Below, piece by piece: positions 47,829 to 57,791 of a DNA stretch of 64,000 bases. The notes under the pieces are model-generated. The model had not been told where the DNA came from. It saw only the letters and a program-made list of their open reading frames with translations, and searched no databases. The stretch's first letter is position 1; the number at the start of each line of letters is the position of its first letter. The translations under genes and the position numbers were made by a program. Source of the stretch: Pseudomonadota bacterium. Lineage in GTDB: Bacteria > Desulfobacterota > Binatia > Binatales > Binataceae. The stretch is from the NCBI GenBank assembly GCA_021325355.1, contig JAJPHI010000018.1, positions 193,617 to 257,616 of the forward strand. Direction: 5' to 3'.

Positions 47829-48824
47829 TTAACCATCCCAGGCCACCAGACGCATCCGGTCAGGCGCGACCGCAACGCGCACCCGCTCGCCGATTTGCCA
47901 TCCGCGGTCGCCGCAGGGCGACGGCGAGAGCGCCTCGAGGGCCATCGGACCGTCGAGAAAAATACGCGTGGCGAGTCCTTCCCGGCGGGTCTCTTTAATC
48001 GTCGCGCTGAGCGCGATCGCGCCCTCGATCGCGGCGCCGTTGCGCATCAGTTGCAGGTCGTGCGCGCGAATCGCGATACCCAGCTCGCGGCCGGCGGCGC
48101 CGGCGTCGAGCGGCGATTTAAGGCTTTCCGGGAGGCGCGCGGCGCGCTCCACGAGATCGGCGCGAACGACGTTTTCGAAACCGATCAGTTGCGCAATGGC
48201 ACGCGTGGCCGGTCGGTCAAAGACCTCGTCGGGCGGACCCTGTTGCGCGACGCGGCCATCGGCGAGCACGGCCACCGAGTCCGCAAGCGCCGCCAGGTAG
48301 GTGTCGTGCGTCGCGACGAGAGCGGGGATGCCGAACTGATCGATAAGCGCGCGCAGCTCGCCGATAACATGCGCGCGGGTGGCGCGGTCGAGCGCGTTGG
48401 TCGGTTCGTCGAGCAGCAGCAGGGCCGGATTGCGCACCAGCGCGCGGGCAAGCGCCACGCGCTGCATCTGCCCCCCGGAGAGCGTCTGCGGAGCGCGATC
48501 GGCCAGCGCGCCGAGCGCGACCCGCTCGAGAAGCTCAAGGGCGCGGGCGCGCCGCGCGCGCCGCCGTCCGCGCAAGCCGAAGGCGACGTTGCGCCAGACC
48601 GACAGATGGGGAAACAGCGCGCAGCCCTGCGGCAGGTAGCCGATGGGCCGCTCCTGCGGCGCCAACTGTGCATACGGTGTCCCCGTCGCCGGCAGCAGCC
48701 CGGCGAGCGCCTTGAGCAGGGTGGTCTTGCCCGCGCCGCTCGCGCCGAGCAGCACGGTAAAGCCTTCGACGCGGAGCCGCGCGGTGAGTCGAACCGGCGC
48801 TTCGATAAGATAATCGATCTGCAT
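47829..48824 (-). CDS. molybdate/tungstate ABC transporter ATP-binding protein
   Basis: GASGAGKTT, LSGGQMQR, LLLDEP, ATHD, C-terminal TOBE-like region. Confidence 0.88.
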   Translation of the reverse strand: MQIDYLIEAPVRLTARLRVEGFTVLLGASGAGKTTLLKALAGLLPATGTPYAQLAPQERPIGYLPQGCALFPHLSVWRNVAFGLRGRRRARRARALELLERVALGALADRAPQTLSGGQMQRVALARALVRNPALLLLDEPTNALDRATRAHVIGELRALIDQFGIPALVATHDTYLAALADSVAVLADGRVAQQGPPDEVFDRPATRAIAQLIGFENVVRADLVERAARLPESLKSPLDAGAAGRELGIAIRAHDLQLMRNGAAIEGAIALSATIKETRREGLATRIFLDGPMALEALSPSPCGDRGWQIGERVRVAVAPDRMRLVAWDG

Positions 48825-49622
48825 TCAGACCGTTTCCGTGCGCATCACGTAGCTGCGCGAGACGATGCCCAGCAAAAGCGGCAGGGGCAGCGCGACCAGG
48901 AAAAAAATCCACAACAACGGATAGATCGCATCGAGCCCGAGGTCCTGCAGGTTGACCCATAATTTAACCGGGATCCCCTGCGGGAAATAGGCGATCACCA
49001 GAACGATACCGAACTCGCCGAGGGCGCGGACCCACGCCATCGCGAGCCCGACCGCGAGCCCGAGCCGCGCGAGCGGCGCGGTGACCAGGCGAAACACCTG
49101 CCAGGGCGTTTTCCCGAGCGTGAGCGCAATCTGCTCGAGTTCCGGATCGACGCTCTCGAAAGCGGCGCGCGCGGCGATCACGTAGTAGGGCGCGGCCGCA
49201 TAGACCTGGGCCAGCACGAAGGCCGTCGGCGTGTTGGTCAGTTCGAGGCCGAGGCGGGCGGCGGTCGCGCCGACCATACTGTGCGGTCCGTAGAGCAACG
49301 CGAGCAGGAGCCCCATCGCGAGCGGCGGCGTCAGCAGCGGCAGCAGCACGAGCCCCTCGCACACGGTCTTGCCGCGAAACTCCCGCCGCGCCATCCAGTA
49401 GGCGAGCGGCGTTCCGCCGATGACGATCAGGGCGAGTGCCGCCAGCGTGTAGACCACCGAGACGCGGACCGCATCGAAGTCGCCCGCGACGGCGTGCAGC
49501 CTGCCCCACGGTGTTGCCCAGGCGAAGAAGGCGAAGGGCAGGACCAGGAAGCTCAAGGCGCCGATCGCGCCGAGATTAAGCGCGCCACGTCGCATCCCGA
49601 TGAGGAGCGCGCCGCGTCGCAT
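48825..49622 (-). CDS. molybdate/tungstate ABC transporter permease
   Basis: LPLLTPPLAMG, EAA-like loop ELEQIALTLG, RALGEFG. Confidence 0.88.
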   Translation of the reverse strand: MRRGALLIGMRRGALNLGAIGALSFLVLPFAFFAWATPWGRLHAVAGDFDAVRVSVVYTLAALALIVIGGTPLAYWMARREFRGKTVCEGLVLLPLLTPPLAMGLLLALLYGPHSMVGATAARLGLELTNTPTAFVLAQVYAAAPYYVIAARAAFESVDPELEQIALTLGKTPWQVFRLVTAPLARLGLAVGLAMAWVRALGEFGIVLVIAYFPQGIPVKLWVNLQDLGLDAIYPLLWIFFLVALPLPLLLGIVSRSYVMRTETV

Positions 49623-50557
49623 CAGCGGAGCGTCGGCCCGACCGGCGGATCGTAGCCGCTCTCGCGCAGTATCCGCTGTCCCTCCGGTCCGGCCAGGTAG
49701 CGCACGAACTTCCGCGCCATCTCGGGATGCGCCGCGTTGGCGAGCACGGCCGCATAGAACACCAGCGGCTCGGGGCGCGCCGTCGTCGTCTTGCCGTCAG
49801 CCGACAGCGTGAAAGAGGCTTTGCTGTACCAGGCGTCGAAGTCCGCCGGATTGCTCAGGTTGATCTCAGGCGGCAGTTCGACAAACGGCAGATGCTCCGA
49901 CTTGATCGCCGAGAGATAACCGACCGTGGCGTCGATCTGTCCCGCTTCAAGACGGGTCAGGAGCGAGGGTTCGGCGAAAAGCTGGGCGGAATTGCGCAGG
50001 GGACCGAGAATTTTTTCGGCGAGGCCCGGCGCGTGATAGTAACGCTCGGCCAGCATCAGGGTGAAGATCACATTGCGGCCCTGCGGATCCGTCGCCGGAT
50101 CGGTGCGGCCGAAGCGGAGTCCCGGGGATTCGAGCACCTCGTACCACGCCTGCTTGCCGGCGAAGCTTTTGGCGAAGCGGCTCTGCGGACTGTACGCCAG
50201 CGCCATCTGCGTGCCCGCGACCGGCGGCGCTTCCCGCACGAGGCCGTCCTTGAGCAGGATCCGCATCGGGCCGGAGGTGACGCTGACGAACACGTCAGCC
50301 TGCATCTGTTTGCTCTCGAGCAGATGGGCGAGGGCGTAGGCTGCCTGACCGATACCCTGGAATTCAACCCCGTTGGCTTTGGCAAAGGCCGGTCCGAGCT
50401 GCTGATCCATCACCGTGCCCATCGAGCCCGCATAGGCAACCCGCAGCGGGGTGGCGGCGCGGGCGGCGCGCGCCGCGAGACTTCCCAGCAGCAAGCCGAG
50501 CACGGTGATCCAGACGACCGGACGCGGTCGCGATCGCAATCTGATTACACTCTGCAT
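49622..50557 (-). CDS. WtpA-like molybdate/tungstate-binding protein
   Basis: Signal peptide; AYAGSM, ADVFVS, FGRTDPATDPQG, LPPEINLS resemble WtpA. Confidence 0.8.
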   Translation of the reverse strand: MQSVIRLRSRPRPVVWITVLGLLLGSLAARAARAATPLRVAYAGSMGTVMDQQLGPAFAKANGVEFQGIGQAAYALAHLLESKQMQADVFVSVTSGPMRILLKDGLVREAPPVAGTQMALAYSPQSRFAKSFAGKQAWYEVLESPGLRFGRTDPATDPQGRNVIFTLMLAERYYHAPGLAEKILGPLRNSAQLFAEPSLLTRLEAGQIDATVGYLSAIKSEHLPFVELPPEINLSNPADFDAWYSKASFTLSADGKTTTARPEPLVFYAAVLANAAHPEMARKFVRYLAGPEGQRILRESGYDPPVGPTLR

Positions 50558-50605
50558 GTGTTCTTCCTTTCCTCTTTATGCCATTGTAATTGCCGATTGA
50601 GAAGC

Positions 50606-51712
50606 ATGATGGACAGCGGACAGCGTCTGCGACAGGTCCGCCTGAGCGCCGGGCTGAGCCAGAGCGAGCTGGCGCGTCGCGCCGGCATCTCGCGCCAGGC
50701 GCTGAGCGCGATTGAAAGCGGCGCGTACCAGCCGGGCGTCACGGTGGCTTTGCGGCTCGCCGCGGAACTTGGCACGACGGTGGAAAATCTTTTTGGCGGC
50801 GCCCGGGCGAGCGCACCCCTGGTGGCGCGCACGCCCGCCAACGCGGCCTGTGCGGCGGCCGCGCGGGTGGCGCTTGCGCGAATCGGCGGACGGCTGGTCG
50901 CGGTGCCGCTGCCGGCCGCCGGGGTGGCGCTGACCGCGGCCGGCGGTATCGTCGCGCGCGAACTGCGCGGCAGCCGAGTGGAAGTCGAGGCTTTTCGCTC
51001 GGCCGCCGAGATTGATTCGACGCTGGTTATTTCCGGATGCGACCCCGGGATTGCCGTGGTGCGCGATTACCTCGCGCGCCATCAACCGTTTGCCGAAATC
51101 GTGCCGGTGGCGGCGGCGAGTCGCGACGCGCTCACGGCCGTGGCCCAGGGCGACGCGCATGCCGCCGGCGTGCATCTGCGCGATCCCGCAACCGGGGACT
51201 ACAACGTCGCCGCCGCCCGCGCCGTCTTCGGCCGGCGGACTTTCCGCATGATCAGCTTCGCGCGCTGGGAGCTCGGGATGGCGACGCGGCCGGACGCCGC
51301 TCCGCTGAGTTCAATCGATGATCTCGCCCGACCCGGGCTGCGGCTGATTAATCGGCCGCCCGGTTCCGGCGCGCGCGCGGTGCTCGACGAAATGCTCGCG
51401 GCGGGCGGCATCCGCGGCGCCGACCTGGCCGGATATGGCGATACGGCGGCGGGCCATCTCGAGGTCGCGGCGGCCATCGCCGCGGGCGCGGCCGATGCCG
51501 GTGTGACGATCCGGCTGGCGGCGGAGCTTTATCATCTGAATTTCGCGCCGTGGCGCGAAGAGCGCTATGATCTGGTAATCGGCGAAGAGGCCTTCGCGCT
51601 GCCGTCGATGCAGCGGTTCATCGACGCGCTCAATTCGCGGGCGCTGGCGCACGAGGTGGCAAAGCTCTGCGCGTACGACACCACTCGGATGGGCACGGTC
51701 GCCGCCCTCTGA
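50606..51712 (+). CDS. XRE-HTH + PBP-superfamily (molybdate-sensing) regulator
   Basis: LSQSELARRAGISRQALSAIESG HTH; GCDPG, AGVHL, INRPPGSGAR, ERYDLV; divergent from the ABC operon. Confidence 0.88.
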   Translation: MMDSGQRLRQVRLSAGLSQSELARRAGISRQALSAIESGAYQPGVTVALRLAAELGTTVENLFGGARASAPLVARTPANAACAAAARVALARIGGRLVAVPLPAAGVALTAAGGIVARELRGSRVEVEAFRSAAEIDSTLVISGCDPGIAVVRDYLARHQPFAEIVPVAAASRDALTAVAQGDAHAAGVHLRDPATGDYNVAAARAVFGRRTFRMISFARWELGMATRPDAAPLSSIDDLARPGLRLINRPPGSGARAVLDEMLAAGGIRGADLAGYGDTAAGHLEVAAAIAAGAADAGVTIRLAAELYHLNFAPWREERYDLVIGEEAFALPSMQRFIDALNSRALAHEVAKLCAYDTTRMGTVAAL

Positions 51713-51866
51713 AAGCTTCGCTCCGGATGGCTCGTCCCGCTTTTCGCCCGGCACCTCGAAGGACTATGCTCGAAGCGTTCGGAGGGGCGATCGCGGCGGT
51801 CGGCCGTGGTACGCGAAATTGATTGATACGCATGGCTCAGCAATCTAATCCAGGAGGATCTCTCTG

Positions 51867-53375
51867 ATGGCAGCAGCAACTCCACAGGTGGAACGCGCCG
51901 CCAAGGGCGCGAAGAACTCGGCGGCCCTGGCTTTCCTGCGCGCGCCCAAACAATTGCTTATCAACGGCAAATGGCAGCCGGCCAAGTCCGGCAAGACCTT
52001 CGAGACCATCAATCCGGCCAACGAAGAGGTGCTCGCGCTTATCGCCGAGGGCGACAAGGCCGATGTTGACGAGGCGGTCAAGGCGGCGCGCAAAGCCTTC
52101 GAGGAAGGCGCCTGGCCCAAGATGAGCCCCCATCAACGGGCGCGGCTGATGTTCAAGATTGCCGACACGATCGATCAGCATGCCGATGAGCTCGCCGAGC
52201 TCGAGACGCTGGACAACGGCAAGCCGCTGACCTTTTCCCGCAATTTCGATATTCCGGCGGTGGCCGAGACCTTCCGCTACTATGCCGGATGGGTCACCAA
52301 GATTTACGGCGAGACCAACCCCTCCGACCCGTCATTCTTCAACTACACGCTGCGCGAACCGGTCGGCGTCTGCGGCCAGATCATTCCGTGGAATTTCCCG
52401 CTGCTGATGGCGGCGTGGAAGCTCGGACCCGCGCTCGCCTGTGGCAACACCTGTATCCTCAAGCCGGCCGAGCAGACGCCGCTCACCGCGCTGCGGTTGG
52501 GCGAGCTGCTGATGGAAGCGGGGCTCCCGCCCGGGGTGGTCAATATCATCACGGGCTTCGGGCCCGGCGCCGGCAGTGCGATCGCCGAGCATCCCGATAT
52601 TGACAAGGTGGCCTTCACCGGTTCGACCGAGGTCGGCAAGATCATCCTGAAAGCCTCGGCCGGTAATTTGAAGAAGGTCTCGCTCGAACTCGGCGGCAAG
52701 GCCCCGAACATCATCTTCCCCGACGCCGACCTCGATCAGGCGGTGCCGACGGCGATGATGGGGGTTTACTTCAACTCAGGCCAGGTCTGCTGCGCCGGCA
52801 CGCGGATTTTCGTGCAGCGCGATCGCTATGACGAAATCGTCGAGAAGCTCGCCAACTTCAGCAAGAACGTCAAGGTTGGCGATCCGTTCGAGCAGGGCAA
52901 TCTGCTCGGGCCGGTGGTCTCGCGCGAGCAGTTCGACCGCGTCAAGGGCTATCTGTCGATCGGCGCCGAAGAGGGGGCCAAGGCGGCCGCCGGCGGCGCG
53001 CCGGTCGAGGGCAAAGGCTACTTCATCCAGCCGACGCTGTTTGCCGACGTCAACAACAATATGAAGATCGCCCGCGAGGAGATCTTCGGTCCGGTCGGCG
53101 CGGCGATTGCCTTCAAGGACGAAAACGACGTGGTCTTTCAGGGCAACGATACGACCTACGGCTTGTCGGCCGGCATCTGGACCAAGGACGTCGGGCGGGC
53201 GCACAAGATGGCGCGGGCGCTCAAGGCGGGTACGGTGTGGATCAACTGTTTCAACCAGATCGATCCCATCGCGCCGTTCGGCGGCTACAAGCAGTCGGGT
53301 TTCGGCCGCGAACTAGGCAAGTACGCGATTGATCTTTATACCCAGGTCAAATCGGTCTGGATGAAACTCTCCTGA
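51867..53375 (+). CDS. NAD-dependent aldehyde dehydrogenase
   Basis: IIPWNFP, FTGSTEVG, LELGGK, GQVCCAG, EEIFGPV, PFGGYKQSG. Confidence 0.96.
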   Translation: MAAATPQVERAAKGAKNSAALAFLRAPKQLLINGKWQPAKSGKTFETINPANEEVLALIAEGDKADVDEAVKAARKAFEEGAWPKMSPHQRARLMFKIADTIDQHADELAELETLDNGKPLTFSRNFDIPAVAETFRYYAGWVTKIYGETNPSDPSFFNYTLREPVGVCGQIIPWNFPLLMAAWKLGPALACGNTCILKPAEQTPLTALRLGELLMEAGLPPGVVNIITGFGPGAGSAIAEHPDIDKVAFTGSTEVGKIILKASAGNLKKVSLELGGKAPNIIFPDADLDQAVPTAMMGVYFNSGQVCCAGTRIFVQRDRYDEIVEKLANFSKNVKVGDPFEQGNLLGPVVSREQFDRVKGYLSIGAEEGAKAAAGGAPVEGKGYFIQPTLFADVNNNMKIAREEIFGPVGAAIAFKDENDVVFQGNDTTYGLSAGIWTKDVGRAHKMARALKAGTVWINCFNQIDPIAPFGGYKQSGFGRELGKYAIDLYTQVKSVWMKLS

Positions 53376-53394
53376 GCGTTGCCTGAAACGGCGT

Positions 53395-53441
53395 AAGGGG
53401 GCGGCGGGCATCGGTGGACGATGGCCGCCGCCCTTGCTTTT
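53395..53441 (+). terminator. stem-loop / possible terminator after aldehyde dehydrogenase
   Basis: GGGCGGCGG-g-CATCG / CGATG-g-CCGCCGCCC followed by TTGCTTTT. Confidence 0.55.
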
Positions 53442-53487
53442 CGCCGCTGATCGGATCGATAAAAGCGGCTACCGCAGGGAGGCCGAC

Positions 53488-54486
53488 ATGCGTTTCGGGC
53501 TGACGACGGACTTTCGCAATCCACCCGATTCCGGGCGCCGCTCAGCGGCGGTTTATGCCGAGATAATCGAGACCTTCGTCTGGGCCGAGAGCCTCGGCTT
53601 CGACGCCGCCTACGTGTTCGAGCATCACTTCACCGACGACGACTACATGTCGTCGCCGATGGTCGCGGCGACGGCGATAGCGGCGCGCACCACACGGATG
53701 CGCGTCGGGCCGGATATCGCGATTCTGCCGCTCTACGACCCGGTCCGGGTGGCCGAGGACGGCGCGGTGCTGGACCTCATCTCGAACGGCCGGCTCGACT
53801 TCGGCGTGGGCCTGGGTTATCGGTCGGTCGAGTACGCGGGTCACGGCATCGACTTCAAACGCAAGGGCGCGCGGGCCGACGAAGCGCTCGAAATTATCCG
53901 CCGCCTGTGGCAGGGCGAGACCGTGAACTTCAGCGGCAAGCACTTCAGCATCAGCAATGCGCGACTGTCGCCGCGGCCCGTGCAGCAGCCGAATCCGCCC
54001 ATCTGGGTCGGCGGTTTCAGCACCGCCGCGGCGCGCCGCGCCGCCCGCTTCGGCGACGGTTATATCGGTCCGACCAGCCGCGCGATGTACGACAAGTACC
54101 TCGCTGAGTTGCGCGCGCTCGGCAAGGATCCGGCGCAGGCGCGGGTGATGGGCGGCGATCTGTGGCTGGTCGTCAGCACCGATCCCGAGCGCACCTTTAA
54201 TCTCTACGCGCCGCGGTTGATTTACTGGTTCAACGCCTACGCGCGATGGTTTGAAGGGAGCGGCACGGGCCTCTGGCCGATGATCAAGGACGCGGAGCAT
54301 CTGCGGTCGCTCGGGCTGGTCAACTTCCTGACCCCGGACGACGCCGTGGCGCATATCCGGCGGCGTGTCGCCGAAGTTCCGATCGAGCTTTACACGATGA
54401 TGCTCGCGCCGCCGGCGGTCGACATGAAACTGGTGCGCGAGAGTCTCGAGCTCTTCGCCGCCAAGGTGATGCCGGCGTTCAAGTAG
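53488..54486 (+). CDS. LLM-class flavin-dependent oxidoreductase
   Basis: AESLGFD..FEHHF, LDLISNGRLDFGVGLGY, PPIWVGG; SD GGAGG before ATG 53488. Confidence 0.92.
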   Translation: MRFGLTTDFRNPPDSGRRSAAVYAEIIETFVWAESLGFDAAYVFEHHFTDDDYMSSPMVAATAIAARTTRMRVGPDIAILPLYDPVRVAEDGAVLDLISNGRLDFGVGLGYRSVEYAGHGIDFKRKGARADEALEIIRRLWQGETVNFSGKHFSISNARLSPRPVQQPNPPIWVGGFSTAAARRAARFGDGYIGPTSRAMYDKYLAELRALGKDPAQARVMGGDLWLVVSTDPERTFNLYAPRLIYWFNAYARWFEGSGTGLWPMIKDAEHLRSLGLVNFLTPDDAVAHIRRRVAEVPIELYTMMLAPPAVDMKLVRESLELFAAKVMPAFK

Positions 54487-54519
54487 CCGCGCGGGTCGGC
54501 CGGGGCCCGCCTTGCGCGG

Positions 54520-55500
54520 TCAGGGTCGGCGGCGGTCGGCCCGCAACGCGGCCATCAGCCCGAACAGGTCCGCGCGCAGTTCCATCTTCGGCTGACCACC
54601 GGCAAATTCGCGGTAGAGCGTGAAGACGTTGATGACGATTCGTTCGGCGTCGCCCCACGAATCATAATCGGCGAGCGCGATATCGCGTGCCGCCTCCGCC
54701 GGCGGCATCCCGGCGTCATACCGCTTGCGCGCTTCGGCGGCGATATATTCGAGATAACCCTTGACCGCCGCCACTCCGCTCTTGTCGGTCACGGGTCCAT
54801 GGCCCGGGACGACGGTCTCGGGATCGAGCTCGAGCATCAACTGACAGGCCTTGATCCAGTTGCCGACCGGCCCCGCCCAGATAATCGGATGGCCGTTGAT
54901 GAACAGCATGTCGCCGGTGAAGAGCACGCGATTTTCCGGCACATAGGCGATGACGTCGCCGCCCGTATGCGCCGGCCCGACCTGAATGAGGCGCACCGTC
55001 TTGTTGCCGACCCGACGCGTCAGCTCACCGCTGAAGGTGAGCGTCGGCATCGCGACCTCGATACCATCGAACTCGAACGGGGCGAAAATCTCGGCGAGGA
55101 AGCGGCCGGTCGGACTCGACGGATCGACGTTGCGCTTCATCTGCTGCAGGCGTTGCGCGCCGCCGTCGGCCGCCATCTCCTCGGCGCAGGCCTGCGAGGC
55201 GATAATCGTCGCGCCGGCCACCAGTTGGTTGCCGAAGGTGTGGTCGCCGTTGGAGTGCGTGTTGACCAGCGTGCCGATCCGCGCCGCGGCCTGCGGCTCC
55301 GCCTGGCGCATCGCCGCGAGCATCGCGGCGGTGAGCTTCAGATCGAACAGCGTATCGACCAGCAGCGATTCGCCGCTATCGACGATCAGTCCGGCGTTGC
55401 TCCAGCCCCATGAGCCGTCGGGCTGCAGATAGCCATAGCAGCCGTTGCCGAGGTCGCGGAGCCCTTTGCGGTAAGGTCCCTTGCTCGCAATCGTCGCCAT
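54520..55500 (-). CDS. MBL-fold metallo-hydrolase (cyclase-like)
   Basis: SNAGLI, NTHSNGDHTFGN, AHTGGD, FTGD, VPGHG. Confidence 0.88.
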   Translation of the reverse strand: MATIASKGPYRKGLRDLGNGCYGYLQPDGSWGWSNAGLIVDSGESLLVDTLFDLKLTAAMLAAMRQAEPQAAARIGTLVNTHSNGDHTFGNQLVAGATIIASQACAEEMAADGGAQRLQQMKRNVDPSSPTGRFLAEIFAPFEFDGIEVAMPTLTFSGELTRRVGNKTVRLIQVGPAHTGGDVIAYVPENRVLFTGDMLFINGHPIIWAGPVGNWIKACQLMLELDPETVVPGHGPVTDKSGVAAVKGYLEYIAAEARKRYDAGMPPAEAARDIALADYDSWGDAERIVINVFTLYREFAGGQPKMELRADLFGLMAALRADRRRP

Positions 55501-55570
55501 CGTCTGTCCTCCCTGCGGGACGGATGGGCTCAGTCATAGCACGCCGCCGAGCGGCGCGTGAGCCGGCGCG

Positions 55571-57064
55571 ATGCTAGACTGGGTTCGGCGCAGGGGGAAG
55601 CGGGCGATGGAATTGGCAGCCGAGACGACGGCGGCGCGCCTGGCGCGGGTGCCGCAGACGATCCGTCATATCTATCTTATCGGTATCGGAGGGTCGGCGA
55701 TGACCGCGCTGGCCGCGATGCTGACGCGGCGCGGATGGCGCGTGACCGGCTCCGATCAGCAGATTTACGAGCCGGCCGCCTCGCTCCTGAAGCAGCTCGC
55801 GATCACGGTCTATGAGGGCTATGCCGCGGTCCATCTGACGCCGCCGCCCGACGTCGTGGTGGTCGGCAACGTGGTGACGTCGGCGAATCCCGAGGCCATG
55901 GCATTGCGCGCGAGCGGGATACCGTATCTCTCGATGCCGGAGGCGCTGCGGCACTTTTTTCTGCAGGATCGGCGGGTCCTGATGGTCGCCGGGACCCACG
56001 GCAAAACCACTTCGACCGCCCTGATGGCGCAGGTGCTGGCCGCCGCCGGGCGCGACCCCTCGATGCTGGTGGGGGGGCTCGCGCGCAACTTCAACGCCAA
56101 CTATCGGCTCGGCGACGGACCTGACTTCGTCATCGAAGGCGACGAATACGACACCGCCTTCTTCGACAAGGGACCGAAATTTCTGCACTACGGCGCGCGC
56201 GGCGCGATTATCACCGCGGTCGAGTTCGACCATGCCGATATCTACCGCGATCTCGATCAGGTAAAGGCGGCGTTCGCCGCTCTGGCCGCTCGGATGGCAA
56301 GCGGGAGCGTGCTCGCCGTGTGCGCCGACTTTCCCCACGCGCTCGCCGCCACCGCCGCCACCGGCGCGAAGCGGCTGACCTTCGGGCTGAGCGCCGGCAG
56401 CTATCGCGCCGCCGCGATTCGGCTCGGCGCCGACGGCGCCCGCTTCCAGATAACGCGTGACGGCGTAGTCGTCGCGCGTGAGCTTTATCTGCCGGTCGGC
56501 GGGCGGATGAACGTCCCCAACGCGCTGGGCGTCTGGGTCCTGCTGAAGGAGTTCGGCCTCAGCGATCGTGACCTGATGGACGGGCTGGCCAGCTTCGCCG
56601 GGGTGGCACGGCGTCAGGAGGTGATCGGCGAAGCCGGCGGCGTGACGATTATCGACGATTTCGGCCATCATCCGACCGCGATTACGGCGACACTCGCCGC
56701 GCTCGCCGAGCGCTTTCGTGGGCGACGTATCCTGGCGGCGTTCGAGCCGCGTTCGAACACCGCGCGGCGGGCGGTGTTTCAGCGGGAGTTCGCCGCCGCC
56801 TTCGACGGCGCCGCCGCGGTCTTCCTCGCGCCGGTTTATTTCAAGGACAACGATCCGCTGCCGGTCGCCGAGCGGCTCGATGTCGCGACGCTCGCGGCGG
56901 CGATCCGGCGCCGCGGTCCCGAGGCGGCGGCCTGCGCTTCGGTGGACGAGATTATCGCGCGGATCGTGGCCGCCGCCCGTCCCGGCGACGTGGTGGTCTG
57001 CTTTTCGAACGGTCCCTTCGAGAACCTGCCGCAGCGTCTGCGGACGGCGCTCGCCGGCGACTGA
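55571..57064 (+). CDS. mpl: UDP-MurNAc:L-Ala-gamma-D-Glu-meso-DAP ligase (murein peptide ligase)
   Basis: IGIGGSAM, AGTHGKTTST, EGDEYDTAFFDKGPKF, EFDHADIY, DDFGHHPTAI, FEPRSNT, SNG. Confidence 0.9.
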   Translation: MLDWVRRRGKRAMELAAETTAARLARVPQTIRHIYLIGIGGSAMTALAAMLTRRGWRVTGSDQQIYEPAASLLKQLAITVYEGYAAVHLTPPPDVVVVGNVVTSANPEAMALRASGIPYLSMPEALRHFFLQDRRVLMVAGTHGKTTSTALMAQVLAAAGRDPSMLVGGLARNFNANYRLGDGPDFVIEGDEYDTAFFDKGPKFLHYGARGAIITAVEFDHADIYRDLDQVKAAFAALAARMASGSVLAVCADFPHALAATAATGAKRLTFGLSAGSYRAAAIRLGADGARFQITRDGVVVARELYLPVGGRMNVPNALGVWVLLKEFGLSDRDLMDGLASFAGVARRQEVIGEAGGVTIIDDFGHHPTAITATLAALAERFRGRRILAAFEPRSNTARRAVFQREFAAAFDGAAAVFLAPVYFKDNDPLPVAERLDVATLAAAIRRRGPEAAACASVDEIIARIVAAARPGDVVVCFSNGPFENLPQRLRTALAGD

Positions 57065-57097
57065 CCCCGCCGCATCAGTCGGCGGAAGCCCCGCGCT

Positions 57098-57787
57098 TCA
57101 GTCGCGCGCGGCCGCCTGCAGGAGTTCGTCAAGGTCGGTTGCGGCGAGCGACGGGCGCACCCAATCGGCGGCGGCCAGTTCGGCCGCAGGCGCGGTCTGC
57201 GCCACCGCGAGCACGCGCATCCCGGCGCGATGGGCCGCGGTGATCCCGGCGACCGTGTCCTCGACCACCAGGCACTCAGCCGGCATCAGTGAGGGGCGCG
57301 GCCGAAGTAAGAAGCCCAGACGGCCGAGCGCGGTCAGAAAGCCGTCGGGCGCGGGCTTGCCATGGGCGACGTCCTCGGCGGCGACCAGCTCGACGAAGCG
57401 ATCGCGCAGCCCGGCCCGCTGCAGAATGGTTTCCGCCTCGACGCGCAGCGTGCCGGTGGCGAGCGCCAGCGGAAAGCGCTCGGCACATCGCCGCACGAAA
57501 TCGGCGGCGCCGGGATAGAGCACGTCGCGCTCGGCGATCATGGCCTGGTAGAGCTCGGCCTTGCGCGCGGCGAGCCGATTGACCAGGGCCGGTGCGGGTT
57601 GGCGCTCCGCCGCATGGAGCACCGCCGCGAGACAATCGTAATCGTTGAAGCCGATGAGGTCGCGATAATAAATCGTCCGGTCGAGATCGAGCCCGACCTC
57701 CTGCAATGTCGTGCGAAAGGCCTCGAAATGGAGCGGCTCGCTATCGGCCAGCGTGCCGTCCAGATCGAAGATCATCGCGCGCAGCAT
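57098..57787 (-). CDS. HAD-family phosphatase (beta-PGM/CbbY-like)
   Basis: IFDLDGTLADSE, GKPAPDGF, VVEDTVAG; ATG 57787. Confidence 0.88.
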   Translation of the reverse strand: MLRAMIFDLDGTLADSEPLHFEAFRTTLQEVGLDLDRTIYYRDLIGFNDYDCLAAVLHAAERQPAPALVNRLAARKAELYQAMIAERDVLYPGAADFVRRCAERFPLALATGTLRVEAETILQRAGLRDRFVELVAAEDVAHGKPAPDGFLTALGRLGFLLRPRPSLMPAECLVVEDTVAGITAAHRAGMRVLAVAQTAPAAELAAADWVRPSLAATDLDELLQAAARD

Positions 57788-57791
57788 CCGC

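Noticed and set aside
49579-49622. Duplicated MRRGAL start of the ABC permease (27-nt period)
   Set aside because: Small tandem duplication giving two possible starts; no evidence of function.
49727-51712. Apparent 661-aa regulator
   Set aside because: The first ~293 codons are antisense to the WtpA-like gene; the HTH begins at 50606.
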